From the NCBI GenBank assembly GCA_009691855.1, contig SIAI01000007.1:33935-97934 (forward strand): a DNA stretch of 64,000 bases, written 5' to 3'. Below, piece by piece: positions 18,390 to 28,408 of this stretch (positions are counted from its first letter, which is position 1; each line of letters starts with the position of its first letter). Below the pieces are notes generated by a model. The model made no database searches and had not been told where the DNA came from. It saw only the letters and a program-made list of their open reading frames with translations. The DNA comes from Planctomycetota bacterium. Lineage in GTDB: Bacteria; Planctomycetota; UBA1135; GCA-002686595. The position numbers and the translations under genes were made by a program.

Positions 18390-18833
18390 ATGAGCACCAC
18401 CTCCCGCCCGCAGTCCTTCGCCAATCACCGCGCGATCCCGCCGCTGCCCTACCTGCTGGCCGGGCTCGTCTTGCTGGTCGAGACGATCCACCGCGCCCGG
18501 CTGGCCTTCGCGGCGCCGGACTTCTGGAGCGTGTGGGCCGTGCTGGTCGGCGTGGCGCTCCTGCTGGTGTTCGCGGCCAGCCGCCGGCGCGCGCAGATCG
18601 TGCAGGACCGCGTGATCCGGCTGGAGATGCAGCTGCGCCTCGAGCGCCTGCTGGGCGCGGGCCGCAAGGCCGACATCGAGCGCCTCACGCTGCCGCAGCG
18701 CATCGCCCTGCGCTTCGCGGGCGACGCCGAGCTGCCGGCGCTGTTCGAGCGCACGCTGAAGGGCGAGTTCGCGCGCGCGGACGACATCAAGCGCGCGGTG
18801 AAGGACTGGCAGGCCGACTGGCTGCGCGTGTGA
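18390..18833 (+). CDS. small membrane protein, DUF6526-like
   Basis: ATG 18390. Two TM helices followed by RVIRLEMQLRLERLL...LTLPQRIALRFAGDAEL...IKRAVKDWQADWLRV, as I recall for DUF6526. The stop overlaps the ABC gene start (GTGA 18830-18833). Confidence 0.6.
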   Translation: MSTTSRPQSFANHRAIPPLPYLLAGLVLLVETIHRARLAFAAPDFWSVWAVLVGVALLLVFAASRRRAQIVQDRVIRLEMQLRLERLLGAGRKADIERLTLPQRIALRFAGDAELPALFERTLKGEFARADDIKRAVKDWQADWLRV

Positions 18834-20644
18834 GCGCAGCCGTGGCCGAGCCCGAGAAGAAGAAGAAGCCCAAGCTCTCCGCGGGCTGGCGCGAGACGCG
18901 CGAGCTCCTCAGCCGCCACCGCGGGCGGCTGCTGCTCGGGCTGGTGCTGACGCTGTTCAACAGCCTGCTCGGCTTCGTGCTGCCGGCGACCTCGAAGTAC
19001 CTGATCGACGACGTGATCGGCGGGCGGCGGGTCGAGCTGCTCTTGCCGCTGGTGCTGATCGGCGGCGCGGCGACGCTGCTGCAGGCGGGCACGGGCTACG
19101 CGCTGAGCCAGATCCTGGGCGTGGCCGCGCAGCGCCTGATCAACGACATCCGCAAGGAGCTGCAGGCCCACGTCGGCCACCTGCCCGTGCGCTACTACGA
19201 CTCGACCCAGACCGGCGTCTTGATCTCGCGCGTGATGAACGACGCCGAGGGCGTGCGCAACCTGGTCGGCACGGGCCTGGTGCAGCTCGTCGGCGGCGTG
19301 ATCAAGGCCACGCTCGGCATCGGCGTACTCTTCTATCTGAACTGGCAGCTCACGCTGATGATCCTGGTGGTGCTGGCGGCCTTCGGCGTGTCCATGGCGG
19401 TCGCCTTCCAGAAGTTGCGCCCGCTGTTCCGCGAGCGCGGCAAGATCCAGGCGGAGATCACCGGGCGCCTGACGCAGACGCTGGGCGGCGTGCGCGTGGT
19501 CAAGGCCTACGTGGCCGAGCCGCAGGAGGAGCGCGTCTTCGCCGTCGGCGTCGAGCGCCTGTTCGACAACGTGCGCCGCTCGATGACCGGCGTCTCGGCC
19601 ACGACCGCGATCTCGATGGGCATCGTCGGGCTGATCGGCATGCTGCTGACCTACTTCGGCGGGCACGCGATCCTCGACGGCACGATGACGCAGGGCGAGT
19701 ACTTCATGTACTTCTTCTTCATCGCGCTGGTCACCTTCCCGGTCATCTCGATCGCTTCGATCGGCACGCAGATCACCGAGGCCTTCGCCGGCCTCGACCG
19801 CATCCGCGAGATCCGCGCGGTCGCGCGCGAGGACGACGGCGACGAGCAGCGCGAAGCCTGCGCCGAGCTGCGCGGCGACCTCGCCTTCGAGGGCGTGGGC
19901 TTCGAGTACGACGCCGGGAAGCCGGTGCTGCAGGAGCTCTCCTTCCGCGCTCCGGCCGGCTCGACCACCGCGCTGGTGGGCTCGAGCGGTTCGGGCAAGA
20001 GCACGCTGGTCAGCCTGGTGATGGCCTTCAACCGCCCGAAGAGCGGGCGCATCACCGTGGACGGCCGCGACCTCGAGCGCCTGCGCCTGCGCGACTACCG
20101 CGCGCACCTCGGGGTCGTGCTGCAGGACAACTTCCTGTTCGACGGCACGATCGCCGAGAACGTCGGCTTCTCACGCCCGGCGGCCACGCGCGCCGAGATC
20201 GAGGCCGCCTGCGCCACCGCGCACTGCGACGAGTTCGTGCAAAAGTTCGAGCAGGGCTACGACACCGTGGTGGGCGAGCGCGGCGTCAAGCTCTCCGGCG
20301 GCCAGCGCCAGCGCGTGGCCATCGCGCGCGCGCTGCTGGCGCGCCCGAAGATCCTGATCCTCGACGAGGCCACCTCCAGCCTCGACAGCGAGAGCGAGGC
20401 GCTGATCCAGGACGGCCTGGCGTCGCTGCGCAAGAGCCGCACGACGTTCGTGATCGCGCACCGCCTCTCGACCATCCGTTCGGCCGACCAGATCCTCGTC
20501 GTGGAGAGCGGCAAGATCGTCGAGCATGGCACGCACCGCGAGCTCCTGGCGCTCGCCGGGCGCTACAAGGAACTGCACGACCGCCAGTACAAGTTCGAGA
20601 GCGAGCGCTTCGTCAACCCGGGCGAAGAGCTGGCGCCGGGCTGA
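18830..20644 (+). CDS. ABC exporter, fused permease/ATPase (MsbA/ABCB-like)
   Basis: Six-TM domain, then Walker A GSSGSGKST, signature LSGGQRQRVAIARAL and Walker B ILILDEATSSLD. Confidence 0.9.
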   Translation: MSAAVAEPEKKKKPKLSAGWRETRELLSRHRGRLLLGLVLTLFNSLLGFVLPATSKYLIDDVIGGRRVELLLPLVLIGGAATLLQAGTGYALSQILGVAAQRLINDIRKELQAHVGHLPVRYYDSTQTGVLISRVMNDAEGVRNLVGTGLVQLVGGVIKATLGIGVLFYLNWQLTLMILVVLAAFGVSMAVAFQKLRPLFRERGKIQAEITGRLTQTLGGVRVVKAYVAEPQEERVFAVGVERLFDNVRRSMTGVSATTAISMGIVGLIGMLLTYFGGHAILDGTMTQGEYFMYFFFIALVTFPVISIASIGTQITEAFAGLDRIREIRAVAREDDGDEQREACAELRGDLAFEGVGFEYDAGKPVLQELSFRAPAGSTTALVGSSGSGKSTLVSLVMAFNRPKSGRITVDGRDLERLRLRDYRAHLGVVLQDNFLFDGTIAENVGFSRPAATRAEIEAACATAHCDEFVQKFEQGYDTVVGERGVKLSGGQRQRVAIARALLARPKILILDEATSSLDSESEALIQDGLASLRKSRTTFVIAHRLSTIRSADQILVVESGKIVEHGTHRELLALAGRYKELHDRQYKFESERFVNPGEELAPG

Positions 20645-20662
20645 TGCCGCCGTCCACGGCGC

Positions 20663-22051
20663 TCACTCGCCGAAGCGCTGCTTCACCGTCTCCAGGAACA
20701 CATCGGCGTGTGACTTCTCGCCGTCGCGGTGCGGGTGGCCCACGGCGGGGTTCGCGTTGCGCAAGTCCTCGAAGGACGTCAGGCGCGTGATCAGCTTGCC
20801 CTCGGGCGAGAGGAACACGAAGTCGAGCGGGTACTGGTGCTGCTCGAGCAGCATGGTCGCCAGGGCGAAGTGCTCCTTGCCCAGGCGCTTCTGGATGTCG
20901 TCGATGATGATCCAGGTGCTGACGAACTTCTGGTTGATCGTCTCGATCACCCGCGCGTCCGAGAGCAGACCTGCTCTCAAGTCGGTTCCACTGGGTCAAC
21001 AACTCTGGTCGTCGAGCGGGCTGGTCAACACCACCGCGAAGATCGGCTTGTGCAGCTCCTGCGCGAGGCCGAGCATCTCCTCGACCGGCACCCAGTCGAT
21101 GTCCATGAACTTGTAGAAGGCGCGCTTGAGCTGATCGTGCGCGTCGTCCAGCGCGAGCGCGCCCGCGGCGTCGGCCTGCGCCAGCCGCCCGGCGTCGCCG
21201 CCGACGAGCTCCATCGTCTCGACGTGCTCGAAGACGATGTTCGTGGCCTTGTTCTTGGGTTGGTCCGGGAGCTTGAAGGTCACCGTGAGGTTCACGTTGA
21301 CCGGCCGGTCCGTCGGCACGCGCAGCTGGAAGGCCTCGACCGTGCCGCTCTTCCGGTCGACGAGCATGCGCCCGAGGAAGCACGCCGGCGTGTACAGCAC
21401 CGCGCCCTCGGAGAGCACGAACTCGGCGTGCACGCGGAAGAGGATGTCGAGCGACTCGGGCGTGACCGCGCGCAGAATGGCGAAGGCCCCCGGCGGACCG
21501 GGCCGGCGGCCGTAGGGCTGGCGGTAGCGGTCGAAGTGCATCGACGTGCCCGCGTGGAACTGCCGCAGCAGCGCCTCCGCTTGCTCGAGGTCGATCTTCC
21601 ACATCTGCCCCACGCCCGTGATCTCCTGCGGCAGGAACGCGGACAGCTCGTGGGCGCCGTAAGTCGCGTGCTCGTGGGCCGGGACCGACTCGGTCAGCAG
21701 CGCGACGATGTCGTCGGGGATCGAGTACTCGGGTGCGGAGGTGCCGTCGATCACGCCGAGCTTGATGCCCGTGCGCTTCGACTCCATCAGGGTCGGCTTC
21801 CAGTGCGCGCTCACCGCGAGGGGACCCTGCCCGTGGAGTTCCGCATGCACATCCCCGTGGAATCCGTCCGGCACCGCCACGTCCGGGTTGGTTTGGACCG
21901 TCTCGTACTCGAACTTCTGCTTCCCGCCGGCCGTGTTCGCCTTCGGCGCCGCCGACGCGGACTCCGCGGGAGCCTTCGGCGCGGGGGCCTGCTCGCCGCA
22001 GCCGCCGAGGGCCGCCAGCAGGACGAGGGTCACGCCATGGAGCGTCTTCAT
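20663..22051 (-). CDS. candidate selenoprotein: lipoprotein with C-terminal thioredoxin/peroxiredoxin-like fold, in-frame UGA at 20998..20996
   Basis: ORFs 20996..22051 and 20663..20980 share one frame and are separated by a single TGA. Read-through gives KPIFAVVLTSPLDDQSC-U-PSGTDLRAGLLSDARVIETINQKFVSTWIIIDD. A SECIS-like hairpin lies 17 nt downstream. N-terminal lipobox LLAALGGC. Confidence 0.6.
20961..20998 (-). promoter_or_regulatory. UGA codon plus bacterial SECIS-like hairpin
   Basis: mRNA: UGA CCCAGUGGAACCGACUU GAGAGC-AGGUCU-GCUCUC. It forms a 6-bp perfect stem with a GGUC-containing loop. The apical GCAGGUCUGC equals the apex of the E. coli fdhF SECIS as I recall it. Confidence 0.55.
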
Positions 22052-22186
22052 CGGGTGTTGCCGGGACTCGAGGTCTGCGTTCTCTGTCGTGTTCTCTGCT
22101 GAATCGAGCCCGTCCTCATGCTACCCGCTCGGCCAGCGCTGCGGGAGGGCCGGCGCACGCCGGCAGGAGCTCGCTACCATCGCGCG

Positions 22187-22516
22187 ATGATCGCGCCCGG
22201 CATCCTGCGCTTCGACAGGCCCAGCGCGAGCCTGCGGGCCTTGGCGTTCCTCGAGGGGCTCTCCTACCTCGTGCTGCTGTTCGTGGCGATGCCGCTGAAG
22301 TACCTGGCGGATCAGCCGCCCGCGGTGCGCGTCGTCGGGTCGCTGCACGGCTTCCTGTTCGTCTGGCTCGCGCTCTCGATCCTGCAGGGCCTGCTGAAGC
22401 GCGGGAAGCCCTTCGCCTGGGGCCTGCGCATCGGCATCGCCTCGCTCGTGCCCTTCGGCACGTTCTTCCTCGACCGCGAGCTCTCGGCCGAGGACGAGGA
22501 GCAGCGTGCGCGCTAG
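22187..22516 (+). CDS. DUF3817-family membrane protein
   Basis: ATG 22187. LRALAFLEGLSYLVLLFVAMPLKYL...VGSLHGFLFVWLAL is typical of DUF3817. Confidence 0.7.
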   Translation: MIAPGILRFDRPSASLRALAFLEGLSYLVLLFVAMPLKYLADQPPAVRVVGSLHGFLFVWLALSILQGLLKRGKPFAWGLRIGIASLVPFGTFFLDRELSAEDEEQRAR

Positions 22517-24167
22517 CACGCTCGGGGCTGTCTTTCTGGGAGCGCTGCTCTTCGGCTGCGCGCTCGCCTGCGTCGCGTTGCAGGCGCCGACCGTCGTCGG
22601 CTCCGCTCTTGACTGGCCCCAGGGCCCAGGGCCGCGCGGGGACTGGAGCGTCCAGGGCGCGGCTCCACCGCTGCGCTTCAGCGCGCGCACGGGCGAGAAC
22701 CTGAGGTGGCGTGCAGCCCTACCCGAGACGGGGCAGGGGGGCATCACGGTCGTCGGCAACCGTCTGTACGTGGCCACGATGGCGCCCTGGGATCCGGCGC
22801 ACGCGCTGAGCGCGGCCGAGGCCGAGCGCTTCGCGCACGCGACCGAGGGCCGCAGCGTCGTCGGCACGGGCATCGACGCGCATGCCTTCGACGCCGAGAC
22901 CGGCAGGCTCCTGTGGACGCGTCGGATCACCGGCACCGTGCCCGCGATCTACTCCTATCCGTTCTCGGACGCGACCAGCGCCTCGCCGGTCGCCGACGCG
23001 ACGCACGTGTGGTTCACGAACGCGAGCGGCACGCTCGCGTGCTTCACGAGTGAGGGCGAGCTCGTGTGGCAGCGCCGCTTCACGCCGACTTCCGACGGGC
23101 CGTTCAACAAGCAGTTCGAGCCGTTCCTCGTCCAGGACGGCGCGCGCTCGGTACTCGTGCACATGGAGCCCTTCCCCGCGCCCGATGCCGATCCGAGCGA
23201 GCTCCACGGCCGCTGGCACCACCTCGTCGGCCTCGACGCCGAGACTGGCGAGCTGCTGTGGACGAGCGCCGACGCGCTCACGCAGTACAACGCGCCGACG
23301 CTGGTCGCGAGCGCGCAGGGTCCGTGCGCACTGCATGCGCGCGGCGGTCCCCACGACGTGCCCGAGCGGCCGGTGGGCGTCACGCTGACGCGCCTCACGG
23401 GCGAACGCGCGGGCACGGCCGTGTGGCGCTACGAGGACCCGCGCGGGAACCACGAGGGCGCGCTGCAGACGATGGCCCACGACGAGCGCTTCGCTTATTG
23501 GGCCCTGCGCGACCCGCGCAGCGCGCTGGTCGTGCTCGACCTCGCCACGGGCGCGGAGGTCGCCGAGATCTCGCTCGTGCACGGCGTGAGCGTGACCAGC
23601 CACGACGCCGCCAGCGGCGCCTGGACGACGCAGAGGGGTATCGACCTCGAGCTCGGCGTGTTCCCCGCGCGCTACTCGCTCATCGCCGCCCACGGCCACG
23701 TCTTCTTCCAGTGCTACGCCGCCGCCTTCGGCGCGACGACCGTCGGGCCGGCCTACTCCTTCGCGCGCGTCGATCCCGCGGCCCACACCGCCGAGTACCT
23801 CGAGGTCCCGACCGACGTCGTGCGCGGCACGCCCGACACGTTTCTCTGGCGCACGCCGCGCTCGGCGCGCGCGCTGAACAGCCGTGGCGTCGAGGTCACC
23901 GGCGACGAGCGCTCGCGCTGGGACGGCTGGGACTGGGTCTTCAACGGCTCGCCGACGCGCGTGAACGAGCGCCTGTACTTCACGCTGGCGAGCGGCGTCG
24001 TGTACGTGCTCGATTCCAGCCGCGAAGCCTTCGACGCGCAGTCGCTGCTGGCCCTCGACGACCTTGGACCGAGCGGCGCGGTGTGGAGCGCGAACTCCAT
24101 TTCGTACGCCACAGGCCGCCTCTACCACCGCACCGCCGCCGAGCTCTTCTGCTTCGGCGCGCGCTGA
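22506..24167 (+). CDS. exported PQQ-like beta-propeller repeat protein
   Basis: Lipoprotein-like signal VFLGALLFGCALAC. Repeated 'G.LLW...' blades (TGRLLWTRR, GELVWQRRF, GELLWTSAD, LYF..ASGVVYVLD). Confidence 0.65.
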   Translation: MRASTLGAVFLGALLFGCALACVALQAPTVVGSALDWPQGPGPRGDWSVQGAAPPLRFSARTGENLRWRAALPETGQGGITVVGNRLYVATMAPWDPAHALSAAEAERFAHATEGRSVVGTGIDAHAFDAETGRLLWTRRITGTVPAIYSYPFSDATSASPVADATHVWFTNASGTLACFTSEGELVWQRRFTPTSDGPFNKQFEPFLVQDGARSVLVHMEPFPAPDADPSELHGRWHHLVGLDAETGELLWTSADALTQYNAPTLVASAQGPCALHARGGPHDVPERPVGVTLTRLTGERAGTAVWRYEDPRGNHEGALQTMAHDERFAYWALRDPRSALVVLDLATGAEVAEISLVHGVSVTSHDAASGAWTTQRGIDLELGVFPARYSLIAAHGHVFFQCYAAAFGATTVGPAYSFARVDPAAHTAEYLEVPTDVVRGTPDTFLWRTPRSARALNSRGVEVTGDERSRWDGWDWVFNGSPTRVNERLYFTLASGVVYVLDSSREAFDAQSLLALDDLGPSGAVWSANSISYATGRLYHRTAAELFCFGAR

Positions 24168-24185
24168 GGCGGCTACACTTCCGCC

Positions 24186-25055
24186 GTGCGCGTGCACCTC
24201 GTCGACGGGACCTATGAGCTCTTCCGCGCTTGGTTCGGCGCTCCCAAGGCGAGCGCGCCCGACGGGGCCGAGGTCGGCGCCGCGCGCACGCTCGCACGCC
24301 AGCTGCTGAAGCACGTCCGCGAGCAGGAGATCACGCACCTCGGCGTGGCCTTCGACCATGTGATCGAGTCGTTCCGCAACGAGCTCTTCGCGGGCTACAA
24401 GACCGGCGCGGGGCTCGAGCCCGAGCTCTACGCGCAGTTCGAGCTGGCCGAGGACGTCACGCGCGCGCTGGGCTTCGTCACCTGGCCGATGGTCGCGTTC
24501 GAGGCCGACGACGCGCTGGCCACGGCCGCGACGATCTGCGCCAAGGATGCGCGCGTGACGCAGGTATGCCTGATGACCCCCGACAAGGACCTCGCGCAGT
24601 GCGTGAGCGGCACGCGCGTGGTCACGCAGTGGAAGGAGCGCGTGCTCGACGCGGACGGCGTGCGCGCGCGCTTCGGCGTGGCGCCGGCCTCGATCCCCGA
24701 CTACCTCGCGCTGGTGGGCGACGAGGCCGATGGCATCCCCGGTTTGCCGGGTTTCGGCGCGCGCACGGCGGCGACGCTGCTGGCCGCGTACGAGCACCTG
24801 GAGGCGATCCCTGCCGAGTCGAGTGTGTGGCGCGTCGAGCTGCGCGGCGCGGCGAAGCTCGCGCACACGCTCGTCGAGCGCCGTGACGACGCGCTGCTCT
24901 ACCGCCGACTGGCCACGCTGCGCACGGACGCACCGCTGGCGGAAGACGTGGACGCGCTCGAATGGCGCGGCGCCGAGCGCGCGGCGCTGGAGGCCGTGTG
25001 CGCGCGTCTCGGCGACCCGAAGCTCCTGGAGCGCGTCACGCGCTGGCGCGCCTGA
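24186..25055 (+). CDS. 5'-3' exonuclease / flap endonuclease (Pol I N-terminal-domain-like)
   Basis: VAFDHV, FEADDALATAA, TPDKDLAQC and the H3TH motif LVGDEADGIPGLPGFGARTAATLL. Confidence 0.85.
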   Translation: MRVHLVDGTYELFRAWFGAPKASAPDGAEVGAARTLARQLLKHVREQEITHLGVAFDHVIESFRNELFAGYKTGAGLEPELYAQFELAEDVTRALGFVTWPMVAFEADDALATAATICAKDARVTQVCLMTPDKDLAQCVSGTRVVTQWKERVLDADGVRARFGVAPASIPDYLALVGDEADGIPGLPGFGARTAATLLAAYEHLEAIPAESSVWRVELRGAAKLAHTLVERRDDALLYRRLATLRTDAPLAEDVDALEWRGAERAALEAVCARLGDPKLLERVTRWRA

Positions 25056-26480
25056 TCAGCGTGAGACCTTCGCCGGCGGCGGCGTGCCGACCGCCACGCT
25101 GAACGGCTTCACCCACGTCTTCCACGCGTCTTCGAGCGCTTCGACCTTGCCGCCGCCGAAGCCGTCGTCGAGGGCCTTGCTCGAGTGCGCCAGCGGGGTG
25201 CCGTAGACCTGGCGGAAGTAGTACCAGAGCCCGGCGCGGCCGTGGCCCACGACCTTGTCGCCCTTCAGGACCGGCGGATCGGCCTCGATCAGGAACGAGA
25301 CGAAGCTCGCGCAGCGCGCCTTGCACAGCGGGATGTTCGAGCTGTTGCCCACGAAGTAGTCGTAGGAGAGGCCGATCAGGTTGGTGAGCTCGTTGCGCAC
25401 GCTGAGCAGCGGGTGCGGCGGGCTGATCGTCTCGAACGTGCGCCGCGCGCTGTTCCAGTCGAGGCGGAACGTGCCGTCGAGCATCTCGCTGAACTCGGGG
25501 AAGCCGGGCTTGCCGCCGCAGTGCAGGGCCACGTAGTGTGCGAGGCCGGTCTCGACCCAGTGCGCGCTGCGGTGCAGCTCCGGGTCGGGCGCGCCGCCCT
25601 TGATCTTGCCCAGCACGAGCGTGCTGTAGATCAGCGCTTGCGTGGCGAGCTCGAAGAGCTCTTCCGGCCGCGCGCCCTCGCTGGTGTAGAAGGTGCGCGC
25701 GACGTTGTGGCCGCCCTTGCTCACGCTCTCGTCGCCGGAGGGATCGTAGTAGGGCTCCTTGCGCGACAGCGGCTGGAAGCTCTCCAGGTTGCGGTGCACC
25801 AGGAAGGTGATCTTCTCGTCGCGCGGATCGTCCACGTCCTCGGTGGCGGCGATCAGCTGGGCGAGGTTGCGCATCCACCACAGGTACAGACCCTCGAGGT
25901 CGTAGAGGACCTCGAGCGCGCGCTTCAGGCCGGCGTCGCTCTCGACCACGAAGTGCTCGCTCTCCAGGACCAGGCGGCTGTTCCACTCGTAGCTCAGCTC
26001 GGTGAACTTCTTGGGCGTGACGTTCTTGCCGTCGATGAACCAGCTCCAGCCGCTGTTCATCGGCTTGTGGCCGAGGAACTGGTGCGCGCCGGCGTGCTCC
26101 GGGTCGAGCAGCAGCACGCGATACGCCTGCAAGCGCGCCATGAACGGCAGGCGCGCGCGCGCCGCGTCCTCGACCAGCTGCCATTCCTTGTCAGCCGAGT
26201 TCCCGGCCGCGCGCACGCCCATGAAGCTCGCCAGGCGGTCGCGCAGCTTGTCCACGCGCTGCACCTCGGTCATGGGGAACGCGTGGCGGTGACCGCCGTC
26301 CACCAGCAGCACGACCTGAGCCGGATCCCAGGCCTCGATCACGACGCCCTTCTGCTCGGTGCCGTCCTTCAGCAGGATCGAGTCGCGCGTCCAGTCGAAC
26401 TCGCCGTCGCCCCAGGAGGCGCAGACGAGCGCCAGGCACAGCGGCAGGAGGCGCGACCCAGTTCGACTGCCGCTCTGCAT
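25056..26480 (-). CDS. hypothetical secreted protein
   Basis: ATG 26480 gives the signal MQSGSRTGSRLLPLCLALVCASWG. 474 aa with high GC3 and no confident family (possible DUF1570-like). Confidence 0.65.
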   Translation of the reverse strand: MQSGSRTGSRLLPLCLALVCASWGDGEFDWTRDSILLKDGTEQKGVVIEAWDPAQVVLLVDGGHRHAFPMTEVQRVDKLRDRLASFMGVRAAGNSADKEWQLVEDAARARLPFMARLQAYRVLLLDPEHAGAHQFLGHKPMNSGWSWFIDGKNVTPKKFTELSYEWNSRLVLESEHFVVESDAGLKRALEVLYDLEGLYLWWMRNLAQLIAATEDVDDPRDEKITFLVHRNLESFQPLSRKEPYYDPSGDESVSKGGHNVARTFYTSEGARPEELFELATQALIYSTLVLGKIKGGAPDPELHRSAHWVETGLAHYVALHCGGKPGFPEFSEMLDGTFRLDWNSARRTFETISPPHPLLSVRNELTNLIGLSYDYFVGNSSNIPLCKARCASFVSFLIEADPPVLKGDKVVGHGRAGLWYYFRQVYGTPLAHSSKALDDGFGGGKVEALEDAWKTWVKPFSVAVGTPPPAKVSR

Positions 26481-26604
26481 GGCGCGAGGATAGCAGAGGG
26501 GCAGCCTTACGCTCCTTTCGCGCAACCGCGGTCGGCCGGACGGAGCGGGCCACGCTGAGGGCGGATACGCTTCGCGCCCTCGAACCCCTGTGAGGAGCCC
26601 GATC

Positions 26605-28134
26605 ATGCGCGCAACGCCCACCCTCCTGTTCTTCGTCCTCGCCTGCAGCGCCCCGTCCGCCGCCATCCAGGACACGAAGCCTGACGAGAAGAAGGAAGAC
26701 GACAAGAAGGAGCCCGAGAAGAAGGACGCCGCCAGCGCGCCGAAGTCCTTCACGAGCTCCCACGTCGGCACCTTCCACGACAAGAAGGTCGCCTACACGG
26801 CGACGGTGAGCGAGACGATCCTCGAGAACGACAAGCACGAGCCCGAGGCTGCGCTGTGGTCCACCGCCTACGTCAAGGACGGTGTCGAGGATCCGGCCGA
26901 GCGCGCGGTGACCTTCCTGTGGAACGGTGGGCCGGGCTCGGCCTCGCTGTGGCTGCACATGGGCGCCTTCGGACCGAAGCGCGTGGACGTGCCCAGCGAC
27001 GCGCGCGACGACGGCGGGCCGCCCTACGGCCTGCTCGACAACACCGGCGCGTTCCTGGACGTGTCCGACATCGTCTTCATCGATCCCGTGGGCACGGGCT
27101 TCAGCCACGTGCTCGACAAGGGCGAGGGCAAGGACTTCTGGGGCGTGCAGCAGGACGCGCGCTCGATCGCGCGCTTCATCCGCCAGTGGATCAGCAAGGC
27201 GAACCGCTGGAACTCGCCCAAGTTCATCGGCGGCGAGAGCTACGGCACCACGCGCTCGGCCGCGGTCGTGCACGAGCTCGAGGGCAGCTTCGACGACATC
27301 GCCATCAACGGGATCCTGCTCATCTCGACGATCCTCGACTTCACGCTCGACTCGAACGCGACCGGCAACGAGCTCGGCTACGTGGCCATGCTGCCGACCA
27401 TGGCGGCGACCGCGCACTTCCACGAAAAGACCGGCAAGGGCGTGGAGCTCGAGGCATTCGTGCAGCAGGCGCGCGAGTTCGCGCTCAACGACTACGCGCA
27501 CGCGCTGTTGCAGGGCGAGTCGCTCAGCGCCGCCGAGCGCGCCAAGGTGCGCTCGGCGCTGGCGCGCTTCACCGGGCTCTCCGAGGGCTACCTCGAGCGC
27601 TCCAACCTGCGCGTGCGCCCCGACCGCTTCCAGAAGGAGCTCCTGCGCGAGCAGGGCCTCACCGTCGGGCGCCTCGACTCGCGCTACACCGGCAAGGACC
27701 TCGACGCCGCCGGCGAGTCGCCCGACGAGGATCCGTCCTTCTACGGCATCGACGGCGCCTATGCGACCGCGCTCAACGCCTACCTGCGCGGGCCGCTGAA
27801 GGTCGACGTGCCGGACCACTACAAGGTCATCGGCGGCCTCGGCGGTCCGTGGGATTGGGAGCTCAACGATCCCTTCTACTTCAACGTCGCGCCCTACATC
27901 GGCGAGGCCATGCGCCAGAACTCGGGCCTGCGCGTGTTCGTCGCCGCCGGCTACTACGACATGGCCACGCCCTTCTTCGGCGCCGAGTACAGCCTCAACC
28001 GCTCGGGCGTCGTGCCCGAGCGCGTCGCCTTCTCCTACTACCACGCCGGGCACATGATGTACGTGAACCACGAGGCGCTGGCAAAGCTGCAGGCCGACGT
28101 GCACGACTTCATCGTGAAGACGCTCGCGCGCTGA
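26605..28134 (+). CDS. secreted S10-family serine carboxypeptidase
   Basis: GAGGAG SD 8 nt before ATG 26605. Signal MRATPTLLFFVLACSAPSAA. WNGGPGSASLW and catalytic-Ser motif GGESYGTT. Confidence 0.85.
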   Translation: MRATPTLLFFVLACSAPSAAIQDTKPDEKKEDDKKEPEKKDAASAPKSFTSSHVGTFHDKKVAYTATVSETILENDKHEPEAALWSTAYVKDGVEDPAERAVTFLWNGGPGSASLWLHMGAFGPKRVDVPSDARDDGGPPYGLLDNTGAFLDVSDIVFIDPVGTGFSHVLDKGEGKDFWGVQQDARSIARFIRQWISKANRWNSPKFIGGESYGTTRSAAVVHELEGSFDDIAINGILLISTILDFTLDSNATGNELGYVAMLPTMAATAHFHEKTGKGVELEAFVQQAREFALNDYAHALLQGESLSAAERAKVRSALARFTGLSEGYLERSNLRVRPDRFQKELLREQGLTVGRLDSRYTGKDLDAAGESPDEDPSFYGIDGAYATALNAYLRGPLKVDVPDHYKVIGGLGGPWDWELNDPFYFNVAPYIGEAMRQNSGLRVFVAAGYYDMATPFFGAEYSLNRSGVVPERVAFSYYHAGHMMYVNHEALAKLQADVHDFIVKTLAR

Positions 28135-28240
28135 GCTCGTCGTCGGCGCGCAGGAACGGGCGCAGCTCGCGGTCGAACAGCAGCGCCGACACACGGTCGT
28201 GCCGGCATCGATGGCGAGGAGGGTGGCGCTCGAGGCGCCC
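28135..28240 (-). pseudogene. remnant of an FGGY-type carbohydrate kinase N-terminus (frameshifted, truncated)
   Basis: The minus strand reads ATLLAIDAGTTV (28227-28192). After a 1-nt frame change it reads VSALLFDRELRPFLRADDE. Both match the consecutive 'LAID.GTTS.RA.LFD..G' start of glycerol/xylulo-kinases. The remnant runs into the 3' end of the S10 gene. Confidence 0.35.
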
Positions 28241-28408
28241 CGAGCCTTGTGTCCAGCTGCCTTGGTTCGGCAGCAGATTCCGCCGCCATTGGCCGGCTGG
28301 CAAACGCGCTTCGACCACGGGTCCGCCGAGAGGAGCGGCGCGCTACGGGGGACCATGACACACCTAGCCCTTGCGCGATCCGGCCTGGGCGGCGATCCTC
28401 TCCCTCGA

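Noticed and set aside
20996-20998. Genome-wide reassignment of TGA as a sense codon, as an explanation for the in-frame TGA.
   Set aside because: Many well-supported genes in the window terminate at TGA at the expected protein ends (kinase, TetR, Met-cluster enzymes, ArsR and others). TGA is therefore a normal stop here. Only this one site has the SECIS-like context.
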